DNA of 64,000 nucleotides from Opitutales bacterium (GCA_965197745.1 CBDANS010000007.1:1856001-1920000), one strand, 5' to 3'; counted from the first letter of the stretch, positions 35,324 to 46,552 are shown. Notes: generated from the letters alone by a model not told the origin. A program made the numbers and translations.

Positions 35324-36316
35324 TCACCCTCCTGTCTTTTCCTTTTCAAAACGGGCAACAATAAATCCGCCAATTAGTATTTGCAAGGGGTGGTAACACA
35401 TGAGGGGGAGCAGGATAAGCCCGAGCTCCGGTGCGCCTGGTAAATTACCTGTTGAGGATAATATCGATGTTGCCATGGGAACACCAGCGGCAAGCGTCTT
35501 CTGCGAAGCGCAAAAGAAAGCGGTTATTCCACTGGGGTAGTTGAATTTCATTAATTTGATACTGCCAAAGGCTGATACTTTAACGAAGATCAATAAAATA
35601 AAGGAAATAACAATCGATGATAGGACGATAGATACTCCCTGCTCTTGCCATACCCCGCTTTTAACAGAACCGCAAAATGCGACATAAAGCATATAAAATA
35701 TCATACCCATATTAAACCTGCCGATTGCCTTTCGGTATGCCTGGGCCATAGGCTTCAATAATGGCCGAAGACATTGACCTATAATCATGGGGAGCAGCAA
35801 TAGCATTGCGATGCGAAGAAGGAGCGGTGCCAATGGTATTGACTGTCCCGTAGCGCTTGATAAAAGCCAGGCAGACCAGGTAGGGACAATAAATACCCCT
35901 AGAATATTCGACAGCGAGGTATTGAATATGGCCCCACCCACATTGCCGCCCGCCAGGCTTGAAAATAAAACAGCGGTGGAGATGGTCGTCGGAAGCATAG
36001 CGAGAAACAAAAACCCTATGCGCAGATCGGGACCTATGTGGTGCCCCAGTAAAAGGATCAACAATTGTGCCAAAAGGGGCACGATGATAAAATTATAACC
36101 TTGGATAAAGAGATGCAGTCGCCATTCAAGAAAATCTTTTTTTAATTCTTCCGTAGGCAGTAATATTCCTTGGAGAAAAAAAATCGCGAATACGGCGACT
36201 TTAGTTGTTATTTCGCTTCTTAACAATCCACCCCGAGCTCCCACCTCAGGGAAAAGCCAGGCAGCGCCAATTGAAACTAGCAGGCCTAATAAAAATCCAT
36301 TAATGGGGAGTTTCAT
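35324..36316 (-). CDS. Bile acid:sodium symporter-like (SBF-like) transporter
   Basis: LPTTISTA, AGGNV, CASQKTLAAGVPM, YHPLQ. Confidence 0.85.
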   Translation of the reverse strand: MKLPINGFLLGLLVSIGAAWLFPEVGARGGLLRSEITTKVAVFAIFFLQGILLPTEELKKDFLEWRLHLFIQGYNFIIVPLLAQLLILLLGHHIGPDLRIGFLFLAMLPTTISTAVLFSSLAGGNVGGAIFNTSLSNILGVFIVPTWSAWLLSSATGQSIPLAPLLLRIAMLLLLPMIIGQCLRPLLKPMAQAYRKAIGRFNMGMIFYMLYVAFCGSVKSGVWQEQGVSIVLSSIVISFILLIFVKVSAFGSIKLMKFNYPSGITAFFCASQKTLAAGVPMATSILSSTGNLPGAPELGLILLPLMCYHPLQILIGGFIVARFEKEKTGG

Positions 36317-36414
36317 TTTATATAAAATTATGGGGTAACCACTCGAATGGTGGGCAAAACCAGCTATCAACATCCTTCGATTGGGAATTATTTTCTCAAT
36401 CAAAAAATGTGTTT

Positions 36415-37986
36415 TTATACCATCGCGCTATTTTTCCAGCGATCAAGCAAACTTTCAATCAGCAAGCGAAGTTTCTTTAGTTCATCGAATTGGAGAATCC
36501 AAAGGAGGCTGAAATATACTGCTATGGCCACAGGAATTAATAGACATACGGCAACAAGAGCTGCCTGTTTGCAATCGGTAATCCATAACTCGATACCCAT
36601 CCAAGCGAGGATGGTGAGAATACTCATGATTCCACCGGCCATTAAGATTTTACTAATGGCCATCCTCATATTTCCTGTCCCCAATTCCGGTGTTTTACGC
36701 ACCAGTAACCAGTATAAAATCAGGGTGGGAAAGACCGTAGAGATAACATTGGCCAGAGCTAATCCAATTACCCCTAGAGGCCACATTAAGGTTAGGCTGA
36801 ATACCAGGTTGAGTATTAAATTCAATACCGATACCCGGACCGGAGTCCGCGTGTCCTTCAAAGCGTAAAAGCCGCGAATTATCAATGTCCCTGTAGCGTA
36901 AAATGGAAGCGCTAAAGCTAAAGTTGCAACCACGGGCATGGTTTGAATCACGTCCTTTGACTCGAAGACACCCCACACAAATAAAAGATTAAGGATGGGT
37001 TCGCGCAAAATGATCAACCCCATACTGGCTGGAATGGTGATCGCGAGGATCATTTTCAACCCCTGATAGAAGGTATGGGTAAAGGCTGGTAAATTATTTT
37101 TAGCAGCGAGTTGAGAAAGCGAAGGGAATATCACCGTGGTCACGGCAATAGCAAATACGCCTAGAGGCAGTTCAAGGAAACGGTTAGCTAAATATAGAAT
37201 AGAGACCGCAGCATCATCCAACGAGAAGGCGAGAATCCTGTTTACGACAATGTTAATCTGATAGATCGCGGCCCCGGCAAGTCCGGGTAAATATAAAAAG
37301 AATAGCTCTTCCATGCGCGCTGATGATCGGGTGTCAAAGCGCGGTTTCCACCCCTCTCGATTTAAAGAAAGTGCAGGAAGGATGACTTGCAGGAGACCGC
37401 CTAAGATCACTCCACCACACAAAAAAGCAATGCGGTCGATGGGCTTATCGGCGATGAAAATACCAAAAACACCCAGTGAGATAATCATTGAAAGATTGAG
37501 CCAGACAGGAGAAAGAGCCGCTATCGTAAATCGATTTAATATATTCAAGCCGGCATGGATAAGAGCCGCGGTACAAATTAAAACCAGATAGGGCAGCAAC
37601 ACAATACCCAATCCCGCACCAAGATACCATCGCTCATCTAAACCCGTTTTCAAGCGCAGCAAGTAGAGAATGACTCCGAGAGCTATTACTACGATAAAGA
37701 GGATAAATAATACTCGCGTAAGCACTTGATTGAGGAAAATAAAAGCACCTTTTTTCTGGTTTTCTTCTAATTCCTCCGCCAACATGGGAACTAATGCTGC
37801 GTTAAGTGCCCCTTCCCCCAGGAGACGTCGGAATAAATTAGGCAAAGTGAAAGCCAGTAAAAATGCAGAATTTAAAGCCGTGGTTCCAAACGACGCAAAA
37901 ATCAAGATATCGCGGAGTAAACCTAAGACTCTCGAACCAAAAGTAGAAATAACTACGGATAAGATATTTAAAAATTTATTGGCCAT
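36415..37986 (-). CDS. murJ: Lipid II flippase
   Basis: SRVLGLLRD, PNLFRRLLGEGAL, RFLELPLGVF. Confidence 0.95.
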   Translation of the reverse strand: MANKFLNILSVVISTFGSRVLGLLRDILIFASFGTTALNSAFLLAFTLPNLFRRLLGEGALNAALVPMLAEELEENQKKGAFIFLNQVLTRVLFILFIVVIALGVILYLLRLKTGLDERWYLGAGLGIVLLPYLVLICTAALIHAGLNILNRFTIAALSPVWLNLSMIISLGVFGIFIADKPIDRIAFLCGGVILGGLLQVILPALSLNREGWKPRFDTRSSARMEELFFLYLPGLAGAAIYQINIVVNRILAFSLDDAAVSILYLANRFLELPLGVFAIAVTTVIFPSLSQLAAKNNLPAFTHTFYQGLKMILAITIPASMGLIILREPILNLLFVWGVFESKDVIQTMPVVATLALALPFYATGTLIIRGFYALKDTRTPVRVSVLNLILNLVFSLTLMWPLGVIGLALANVISTVFPTLILYWLLVRKTPELGTGNMRMAISKILMAGGIMSILTILAWMGIELWITDCKQAALVAVCLLIPVAIAVYFSLLWILQFDELKKLRLLIESLLDRWKNSAMV

Positions 37987-38163
37987 GAGAGTGGTGAACC
38001 GTATGGGGGAAATAGTTAAATCAAGGTCTGATGAAAGAAAAAAGACCAGATGCCCACAATTAAATTCTTCATATCATTATGCAGATTCACAGATCCGCAT
38101 AAAAATTCCGGCATAAATCTGACACTTCTCGACTTATACTCCAGGATATCAGACAAATCCCTT

Positions 38164-38502
38164 TTAGCGACGGCGTCTTTTTTTTACAACAATATCAACG
38201 GCCTTGTCTAATCGGGAAAAAAGAAACACCCGGTGAATAGCTGGACTTGAAATGTGTATTTTCATTGAGTTCCCGGCTTTCTGGACTTGCTTCACAATAT
38301 TTAATATCATGTTCAAGCCCATCGAGTCGATTATCCGAGCAGAGTTTAGGTCCAGTTTTAATTTTTCCCAGCTCGCCGTTTTATGCTTGGTAAAAATTTT
38401 ATTGATCTTACCGCTAAGCTCTTCGGCATTGGTGCTTAGGATGTCACCTTTTATCGTAATGGTCAACGTAAGCTTAGATTTATCTAAAGCCCCCGTGATC
38501 AT
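38164..38502 (-). CDS. STAS-domain anti-sigma factor antagonist
   Basis: LDLNSARIIDSMGL motif, 112 aa. Confidence 0.85.
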   Translation of the reverse strand: MITGALDKSKLTLTITIKGDILSTNAEELSGKINKIFTKHKTASWEKLKLDLNSARIIDSMGLNMILNIVKQVQKAGNSMKIHISSPAIHRVFLFSRLDKAVDIVVKKRRRR

Positions 38503-40073
38503 TAATCATTAATATTCAAATTGAGTTCGAAGATAAGACTGCTCCCCTCATTTTCAATGAAACATTCATCACAAAGATTATCTATGAGAGCTAATCCCAA
38601 GTGGGAACCGTCCAGCCAGTCCATGTTCTCCGCTCTTTTAGCGACATCAAAACGATGACCATGGCCGGGATCGTCGATGCGTACCCGAACTCGTCCTATT
38701 TGAGAATTCACGGTAACATGAAAAGTGCAGGTTTTTTCCGGTGATTTGTCGCATCCATAAATTAAAGCGTTCAAGATTGCTTCCCGACAACAGAGCAGTA
38801 TATCGTATATTTTATCCCCCAATTCCTCTGATAGTGAAAACTGCAGGCTGCGTCGCCATATCCCCTGAAGCCGGTCTATGTCTTTATACTCGTTCCCCGC
38901 ATACTGCTCATAAATGAGCGGTTGATATAAATTATCAGGTTCTGTCTCTTGATCGATTTGATAACGCATGACTAGAATATCATCTTGAGGTTGGCTTACG
39001 ATTCGATTGCAGACTTCTTCACTTGAGGATAATAGTTTATAGATGAGACTGAATGGATCAATCCTTAAATGATCTGCATAATCTGTTAGCCCGTCGGTAC
39101 AAATATAAAAATAGGATAAGCCATCGAAGCTTAAGGATTCGATTCCGAAGGCTTCAATGGGAAACCATCCAAGAGGGGAAAAACTCCTGATAATGCGATC
39201 GCAATGTCCATCTCGATAACAGATCCAGGGAGGAGGAAAACCGCAATTTATGATATGCACTTTTCGCGATTTATATTCCACCACCGCTGCGCAAACTGCC
39301 AATGACGCATGGACAAAATATTTTTCGGAATCAGAATCATCGTCAGTCGGAGTCCATTCTTTACCCAAAATACGATTGAATAATTGAAGGACATCTTGAA
39401 GTGATGTGTTGTGCTCCAGTAAACCACGCATCATCCCCTGAAAATAAGCAGAAACAAAAGCGGCTTGAACATCATGACCGGAGACATCACCCGCTAGAAA
39501 AAGATATCTTTCTTCGCCTATAGGAAGAACATTGATAAAATCTCCGCCCACTTCATAGAGAGGGCGGAAGTAATACTTAAAATAGGGCAAAATCTCCGGC
39601 GCACGCACCGCCTGGAAGATCTGATCCATCTTGCCCACTGCGCGTACTTCCTGATCTGTTGAGAGTAACTGCCGATTCCGGATCGTTTTCTCAACTCCCC
39701 TGGATATTGCCTCAGCTAAAGCCTGTCGGGTTACAGGTTTTTCAAGATAATCACTCGCTCCACTTCGAAGCGAATCACGGACTAAATTTTTTTCCCCTTC
39801 GGCAGTGACAATGATTGTTGATAGACTGCTGTCCCCTCTCTTCACCCAGTCAAGCAAATCGAGTCCGGATTTACCCGGCATTCGGAAATCGGTCAGGATG
39901 CAATCAAACTCCAGGATCCCTTCCGCCTCGATTACTGCTTGTGCTTCATCAACACTGGTTGCCGAAAATACATGATAATCCATTTTTTTCAGGCACATGC
40001 TGAAAAATTTCAGACCCGATAAATCATCATCAACGACCAGTATCGTAGGCTTATTGTCCTGTGGATATATCAT
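38502..40073 (-). CDS. Receiver + SpoIIE/PP2C phosphatase + RsbW-like HATPase fusion
   Basis: LVVDDD, TDFRMPG; GGDF, GDVSGH, TDGL, QDDI; EAILNALIYG, DDPGHG, LGLALI. Confidence 0.85.
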   Translation of the reverse strand: MIYPQDNKPTILVVDDDLSGLKFFSMCLKKMDYHVFSATSVDEAQAVIEAEGILEFDCILTDFRMPGKSGLDLLDWVKRGDSSLSTIIVTAEGEKNLVRDSLRSGASDYLEKPVTRQALAEAISRGVEKTIRNRQLLSTDQEVRAVGKMDQIFQAVRAPEILPYFKYYFRPLYEVGGDFINVLPIGEERYLFLAGDVSGHDVQAAFVSAYFQGMMRGLLEHNTSLQDVLQLFNRILGKEWTPTDDDSDSEKYFVHASLAVCAAVVEYKSRKVHIINCGFPPPWICYRDGHCDRIIRSFSPLGWFPIEAFGIESLSFDGLSYFYICTDGLTDYADHLRIDPFSLIYKLLSSSEEVCNRIVSQPQDDILVMRYQIDQETEPDNLYQPLIYEQYAGNEYKDIDRLQGIWRRSLQFSLSEELGDKIYDILLCCREAILNALIYGCDKSPEKTCTFHVTVNSQIGRVRVRIDDPGHGHRFDVAKRAENMDWLDGSHLGLALIDNLCDECFIENEGSSLIFELNLNIND

Positions 40074-40279
40074 CAGATCATGATAAAATTATGGCCTTTT
40101 TCCCGGGATAAAGGTATCATTTTATGGGTATCTAATTTCCGTTAACAAATACTTTATAGCGAATAATGGATTAAATAAAATCCAAAATACTAAATAATAT
40201 AATTTACCGGAATTTCACCTGTCCGGTTACGCAATTTCGATTGCTCTCTGACCGATAATCGACAATTTAAATAAAGCTA

Positions 40280-40891
40280 ATGAATAAACGCATGGAACTA
40301 TTATTAGAAAGGCATCCTTCTTTGGTATCTTGTCAGAATGAAATTCTACAGGCATATGAAATCTTGCAAGAAGTGTATTCCCATGAAGGAAAACTTCTCA
40401 TCTGTGGAAATGGGGGCAGTGCGGCAGATAGTGATCATATCGCAGGCGAACTGCTTAAAGGATTCATGCACACACGCCCGCTCGATGACTCCTGGAAAAT
40501 GAAATTAGGGACTGATCTCTCAGATAAACTGCAAGGCGCATTGCCGACAATCCCCTTAACTGGGTTTAATGCATTTCAAAGCGCTTATAACAACGATTGT
40601 GATCCTCTTTACAACTACGCCCAATTAACTTGGGCTCTCGGTCGACCTGGAGATTCATTCCTGGGTATCAGCACCTCGGGCAACTCTAAGAATATAATCT
40701 ACGCAGCCAAGGTAGCGCGGGAAAAAGAACTGAAGACTATAGGATTGACGGGTAACAGTGGAGGCGCACTCTTACATGAGGTAGAAGTTTGTATTCGCGC
40801 TCCGGAATCTGATGTTTACAAGATACAGGAATACCACATCCCCATCTATCATTGTTTATGTCTTATGCTGGAAGATTTCTTTTTTGCTTGA
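40280..40891 (+). CDS. gmhA: Phosphoheptose isomerase (SIS domain)
   Basis: CGNGGSAADSDH, ISTSGNS, IQEYH. Confidence 0.88.
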   Translation: MNKRMELLLERHPSLVSCQNEILQAYEILQEVYSHEGKLLICGNGGSAADSDHIAGELLKGFMHTRPLDDSWKMKLGTDLSDKLQGALPTIPLTGFNAFQSAYNNDCDPLYNYAQLTWALGRPGDSFLGISTSGNSKNIIYAAKVAREKELKTIGLTGNSGGALLHEVEVCIRAPESDVYKIQEYHIPIYHCLCLMLEDFFFA

Positions 40892-40904
40892 GCAAAAATG
40901 ATCA

Positions 40905-42341
40905 GTGAAGCTGCAAAAAGATCCTAAACTTCATATACCGGCGGATCTATATGATTCCTGCTGCCGTGTATTTGAATTGGTAGCTGATGCCTCCGGTCAG
41001 GCATTTCTAGTCGGAGGATGCGTGCGTGATGCATTGCTGGGGCATTCGTCAAAAGATATTGACATCGAGGTCTACGGATTGGAAGAGAAGCAATTAGTAA
41101 AGCTACTCCGGCAACATTTTCAAATTTCCGAAATTGGTAAATCATTCGGCATTTTAAAAATTCAAGGAAGTAGCATTGATATCGCCCTTCCCCGAAGAGA
41201 ATCCAAATCAGGTTCAGGTCATAAAGGTTTTAATGTTCAGGGAGACCCCGCGCTTACCCATACCCAGGCTTCATCGCGGCGGGATTTCACGATGAATGCT
41301 ATCTTGTGGGACTTTTTAAAGGGTGAGTTCATAGATCCATTCAACGGACGTAGAGACTTGCAGGACGGCATTTTACGCCATACGAGCAATCATTTTTCGG
41401 AGGATCCGCTTCGTGTCCTACGGGCTATGCAATTTGCCGCCCGTTTTAATTTAAAAGTAGCCCCGGAAACTATTGATCTATGTAAATCCATCTCTCCTGA
41501 ACACCTTTCAGCTGAACGCATTTATGAAGAGTGGAAAAAACTTATCACCAAGGGAGAGACTCCCTCATTGGGGCTTAATTTTCTTCAGGATTGCGGATGG
41601 ATACGACATTACCCGGAACTGGATGCCATGGTTGGGTGCAAACAGGATCCCGATTGGCATCCAGAAGGTGATGTCTGGACACACACCCTACATTGCATGG
41701 ATGCTTTTTCCAGGGGCCGATTGGAGGATTCCTGGGAAAATCTCATTGTTGGCTTTTCCGTTCTCTGTCATGACATGGGTAAACCGGCTACCACGAAACT
41801 AGAGTGCGGTCGAATACGATCACCCGGTCATGAGTCGGCGGGCGCATCTGTAACGCGTGTTTTTCTGGCACGAATGACCAGACAGAAGGCTCTTATTGCT
41901 GCTGTTGTACCCCTTGTTGCCAATCACTTGCGCCCTCTCGAATTCTTTCAAACACAAGCGGGAGATTCTGCCATACGCCGACTGGCTCGTAAAGTAAAGC
42001 GGATAGATCGATTAATACGAGTGGCTAAAGCTGATATGCAAGGGCGCCCTCCCAAGGAGGCACTTGATTTTCCCGCAGGGGAATGGCTTTTGAGTCGTGC
42101 TGAATTACTTGAGGTAAGCGATACTGCGCCAAAACCTATAGTCCTCGGTCGCCACCTTATTGAACTTGGATTTAACCCCGGTAGATTATTCAGCGTTATA
42201 CTTGAAGAATGCTACAATGCTCAGCTGGATAGTAAATTCAATGATCTGGAAGGGGGGAAAAAACACGCTCTATTTATTGCTGACGAATTGGATATACATA
42301 ACCCAGATAAAAACATACCCCGCAGAGATCATTCTCTATGA
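40905..42341 (+). CDS. cca: CCA-adding enzyme with HD domain
   Basis: VGGCVRD, DIDIE, RRDFTMNA, EDPLRVLR, HPEGDVWTH, HDMGK. Confidence 0.85.
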   Translation: MKLQKDPKLHIPADLYDSCCRVFELVADASGQAFLVGGCVRDALLGHSSKDIDIEVYGLEEKQLVKLLRQHFQISEIGKSFGILKIQGSSIDIALPRRESKSGSGHKGFNVQGDPALTHTQASSRRDFTMNAILWDFLKGEFIDPFNGRRDLQDGILRHTSNHFSEDPLRVLRAMQFAARFNLKVAPETIDLCKSISPEHLSAERIYEEWKKLITKGETPSLGLNFLQDCGWIRHYPELDAMVGCKQDPDWHPEGDVWTHTLHCMDAFSRGRLEDSWENLIVGFSVLCHDMGKPATTKLECGRIRSPGHESAGASVTRVFLARMTRQKALIAAVVPLVANHLRPLEFFQTQAGDSAIRRLARKVKRIDRLIRVAKADMQGRPPKEALDFPAGEWLLSRAELLEVSDTAPKPIVLGRHLIELGFNPGRLFSVILEECYNAQLDSKFNDLEGGKKHALFIADELDIHNPDKNIPRRDHSL

Positions 42342-42410
42342 TACATATTGAGCTAGTGGATAGATCTCATAGCCGCGCGCGTTTTCTCCGGGTGGTTTAA
42401 TTTAAGCCAC

Positions 42411-44108
42411 CTATTTTTCTGCCGGGTTTTCACTTTCGACAGCTTCAGAAGAAACAGCCTCTTGTCCGTCTTTTGTCTCTTTAGGTTCTCCCGATTTCAG
42501 AGACACAGAAACCTCCTCTTCCTCTTCATTCTCTCGCATTTTCGTTTCAATCTTATCACCAACTACCGTTTGTGTAACTGTCGTTGAAAGAGAACCAGGT
42601 GATACATTCGCGTCATCAGTCGTGCTCTCTATTGATTCCATTTTTTCTCTTGAAGGTTTCAATTCCATGGACTCTTCACTATCAGCCTTTATAACTTTAT
42701 CGGACTTCTGTATGGACGATTTATTCCCTTGGGGCCGTGGGGCTGGCGCATAGAGCGTTCCGTCACCATATTCTACGACATATCCCTCCGTAATCAGCCA
42801 GTGTAGATTCTGATGCATTAAATGGAGTTTCTCCTTGTTCTGGGATGATTCATCCCCTGAAGCTTGAGCAGCATTTTCTGCGTTGTCAGCAGAGCCTACA
42901 ACAGGAATTTCCTTTTTTATTTCGAGAAAGGATTCTTGCAGTTGAGAAACTTTGATCTGTGGATTTTTCTCAATAAAATCTATTAACTCTTGAACAGAAT
43001 CAGCTAAAAGCTGACCTTGTTCCCGAAACTTGCGTTTTACCGCACAGATGAAGGAGATTCCACGAGATCCTTTTTTATAGACATCTATCTTCAGACGGCG
43101 AAGGCGCCCTCGTAGATGATTAGCACTTTCAAGAGGAAAGCGACGTTGGGCTTCAAGATAATAATCTATCGATTGCTTGATATTACTTTTAGCAAGCAGC
43201 TTGGAGTAGATACTTCCCGATACACGCGCGGATGATACGATCTTCACTATACTCTTTAATTTGTTGTCTAATAAATAACGCCGCACACTTTTAGCGCTGT
43301 CAAAAATTTCGGGTGTGCTTTCATTGCTATGTGTCCCCTTTAAAATATAGCGTGTTTGCTGTGACATCTTTTTCAGCCAATCCTCGATAACTTCAGGATC
43401 TTTGACGGCTTCTATTTTTGAAACAAAAGTTTCAAAAGCAATATGCGGTAATTGAGCAGCATGATGCTGTTCTATAAGTTCCTGGTAACGGTGGTAATTG
43501 GGGGGACCTAATAATTCACCTGTAATCGAACATCGATTGACTATGGCAAAGGTGCCTTTAGGGGGTTCTACATCTACGGTTTCAATCTTAAAAAACCGGT
43601 CCAGGTATTTATCTATTGAGTAGTCAAATGCTTCTTCTTCCGATTCAAAAGGTAAATCGTCAGCCAATGCTATATAGAGACGTCTCGACTTATTATTTTC
43701 TGAAGACAGTGGTCGCACCATGGCTACAACCCGTTCGGGTTTCTCTAGAATCAGCCGCGTTATATCAAACAACTCATAGGTTTTACCAGAAGCTCGAATA
43801 GCCTTTACCAACTTCCTGAAAGCCATATCTTCAGGGTAAAAAGTGACCTCCACATTGGGCTTAAAGGGCACCCTGCTATCGATACGTTTTTCGGTGCGCT
43901 GAGGAAGGCGTGCCCGACGATCACGACGAGAACCTGCAGCCTTAACGGGGCGCGATGGTTTTTCCCTATCCCGATGAGAAATGTTTACGGTCGGGGTAAT
44001 GTTTCTCTCATCACTCCACGATGGACCAAGGCTCATGCCTTCGAGTTCGCTTAAATCTAAAGGCTGTTCCTCCCCTACGGCAGTTCCTTGCTGTGGTTTC
44101 TCATCCAT
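42411..44108 (-). CDS. Hypothetical protein with low-complexity termini
   Basis: 565-aa ORF; globular core (LLGPPNYHRY, LHWLITEGYV). Confidence 0.75.
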   Translation of the reverse strand: MDEKPQQGTAVGEEQPLDLSELEGMSLGPSWSDERNITPTVNISHRDREKPSRPVKAAGSRRDRRARLPQRTEKRIDSRVPFKPNVEVTFYPEDMAFRKLVKAIRASGKTYELFDITRLILEKPERVVAMVRPLSSENNKSRRLYIALADDLPFESEEEAFDYSIDKYLDRFFKIETVDVEPPKGTFAIVNRCSITGELLGPPNYHRYQELIEQHHAAQLPHIAFETFVSKIEAVKDPEVIEDWLKKMSQQTRYILKGTHSNESTPEIFDSAKSVRRYLLDNKLKSIVKIVSSARVSGSIYSKLLAKSNIKQSIDYYLEAQRRFPLESANHLRGRLRRLKIDVYKKGSRGISFICAVKRKFREQGQLLADSVQELIDFIEKNPQIKVSQLQESFLEIKKEIPVVGSADNAENAAQASGDESSQNKEKLHLMHQNLHWLITEGYVVEYGDGTLYAPAPRPQGNKSSIQKSDKVIKADSEESMELKPSREKMESIESTTDDANVSPGSLSTTVTQTVVGDKIETKMRENEEEEEVSVSLKSGEPKETKDGQEAVSSEAVESENPAEK

Positions 44109-44333
44109 TTATCAGTGGGGCTAATAATAAGAACCTTTAAACATCATAATATTTCACTTCAGGTCAAGCACAGTAAAAAATCGCGCCAAATAAAGCATTC
44201 CTGCACCTCTATTACTTATATATGAAAGCTAAATGAAGAATTAGATCCCTTGAAATTACTAAAACCTGAACTTGCAAATATTATGTTGATTCGTATTCCC
44301 TCAATCTTTTACAAGATTAACCGTGGGGGATAT

Positions 44334-44418
44334 GCTCAGGTGGTGGAATTGGTAGACACGTACGCTTGAGGGGCGTATGCCGAAAGGTGTAGGGGTTCGA
44401 GTCCCCTCCTGAGCACCA
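44334..44418 (+). tRNA. tRNA-Leu(GAG)
   Basis: GCTCAGG acceptor stem, TACGC-TTGAGGG-GCGTA anticodon arm, long variable arm, GTTCGAG T-loop, CCA end. Confidence 0.96.
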
Positions 44419-44477
44419 ATTTTCAACATACTCATTCTAAAAGAGTTATATATCTTAACAGATAGCGATTTCCTAAT

Positions 44478-44497
44478 TAAGAACATAGGTAAGAACA
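44478..44497 (+). promoter_or_regulatory. Putative integrase arm-type site (left)
   Basis: TAAGAACA-TAGG-TAAGAACA, matching 51305-51324. Confidence 0.65.
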
Positions 44498-45000
44498 AAT
44501 CATATGTGTTTACCTATGTCATTAACATTTTAACTAAGACTAACAAGGAGCATATCTTGGCTGTCGGGTTTTTAATTTGTTTACTCATTAACTAACCGAG
44601 AGAAACACTTTTAATAAATAGATGACCTTTAAATAGCCGTGAAATTGCTTCGATAAATTGAAATTGTACTTCACAAGAGTCCACTTAGTTTAATACTCGT
44701 ATCAACTTCGATTCTCCTATGGCCAAAATAAAGTGCTCGTACTTTCTGGTAAGTATTAATAATTCAAAAGTAAAAATTACTAAGTTAGAAAAATAATTTG
44801 TAATCCTACTACTCATAACACAGATATTCTTACCCCATTTTTCTTTGTTTCACAGAGAGGGGTTTCCTTCACCCATTGGCCCTCAGATTTATGATATAAT
44901 CCCTTTCCGAAGGCCCAAATCAAACTAAGGCAATCAATTAATCAATCGACAGTTATTGCTCTATTCGCTTGATTTTTAGACGCTTTCGAATTATAATATA

Positions 45001-45265
45001 TTGAATATGAAAGACTTACCATACAGATTTCGTGAACAAAGTTTTCGGCGATTCGAGCCTCACATCAATGACATCGTTAATTGCTTTCCTGAGCCAATTG
45101 TCATTGATCCATCTCCGCTTTCCCAGGTCACTTTTTCATGTAGGCTTCGAGACGCCATAAAGTCGCTAAGCGAAAACCGCTGGCCGACTGATATCAATAT
45201 GGAGCGGTTCGATATTATTTACCCTAACATCGTGGTTTGCGAAGGACTGGGTGAAGTTAGAGTGG
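45001..45265 (+). pseudogene. Island hypothetical ORF truncated by IS-B1
   Basis: ORF runs into the IS left end at 45266. Confidence 0.55.
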
Positions 45266-46552
45266 TGGTCGTGACCACGAAAACTGGTCCACTTGAAAAG
45301 TTAGTCTGGTCCAACTAGAAAGGACACAGACAATGAAAGGCAAAAGATACACGACCGAAGAGAAAATACGGATGCTGCGCCAGGCGGACAAAGGGAAAAC
45401 GATCCTGGAAGCATGCCGCGAGAACAACATAAGCGAACAGACCTTCCACCGCTGGAAACGTGAGTTTGGGATGATTGATGTCAACCAGGCCAAGCGGATG
45501 AAGGAGCTCTTTGAAGGAGAACGCGCGGTTAAAACGGATGCTGGCGGACAAGATGCTGGGGATAGAGATCCTGCAGGAGACCCTCGAAAAAAAACTGTAA
45601 GCCCTGGGCACAAGCGGCAAGTGGCAGAGAGACTTGTGACTCGGGGCCAGTGTTCGATGCGAGCGGGGTGCCGGTACTTTCGGCTGCACCGTTCCACCTA
45701 TGCGTATAGGGCCAAGCATCCGGATGCCTGGCTAACGAAACTAAAAGCGGCAGTAAGGCGGTTATCACGGCAATACGCGAGGTGGGGCTATCCCAAGATC
45801 ACGAAGCTGTTGAAGGACGAAGGCTGGCAGGTGGGTAAACGTCTCGTGCAAGGTCTGCGACGTGAACTGGGTCTGGCGATCCCCCCACGCAAGCCAAGAC
45901 GCCGGCGCAGGGGTGTCTGCACCGGGCTACCGACAAAGGCCGAACATCCCGACCATGTTTGGACCTGGGATTTTATCCACGATAAGACGGTTCGCGGCGG
46001 CAGTCTAAAAATGCTGACCGTGCTCGATGAGTACACCCGCGAGTGCCGGGTGATCCATGTTGATCGCCATATCAATGCGGAAACGGTGCGCGGTATCATG
46101 CAAAAACTGCTCGACCGGCATGGGCCGCCAAAATATATTCGTAGCGACAACGGTTCCGAGTTTATTGAAAGCCAATTGAGAGCCTGGCTAACTGCGATGA
46201 AAATCAAAACCCTCTATATCGAACCAGCAAGCCCTTGGCAGAACGGATACATTGAATCGTTCCATGCCCGTTTTCGCGAGGAGTGTTTAAACCGTGAACA
46301 GTTATGGACTTTGACCGAAGCCCGCGTGGTCATCGAAGATTGGCGCTGGCTTTACAATCATGTCCGACCCCACCGCAGCCTCGGCAACATCACTCCACGG
46401 CACTTCACTGAAAACCTCAATACCGAAGGCTCGGGCTCCATTCGGGCTACGCCCTCATTGCGCCCAAGCCTTGACTTCCTCTACCAACTTAACTTCAACA
46501 TTAACCTCTCCAGACTAACTCTCCCGGTGGACCAGTTTGTGTAACCCGACCA
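45266..46552 (+). mobile_element. IS3-family (IS407-like) element type B, copy B1 (no micro-insert)
   Basis: IRs TGGTCGTGACCACGAAAACTGGTCCAC / GTGGACCAGTTTGTGTAACCCGACCA; intact WTWDF, DEYTRE, SDNGSEF, NGYIESF; a +1 change at 45510-45512 fuses orfA and orfB (45333-46544). Confidence 0.95.
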
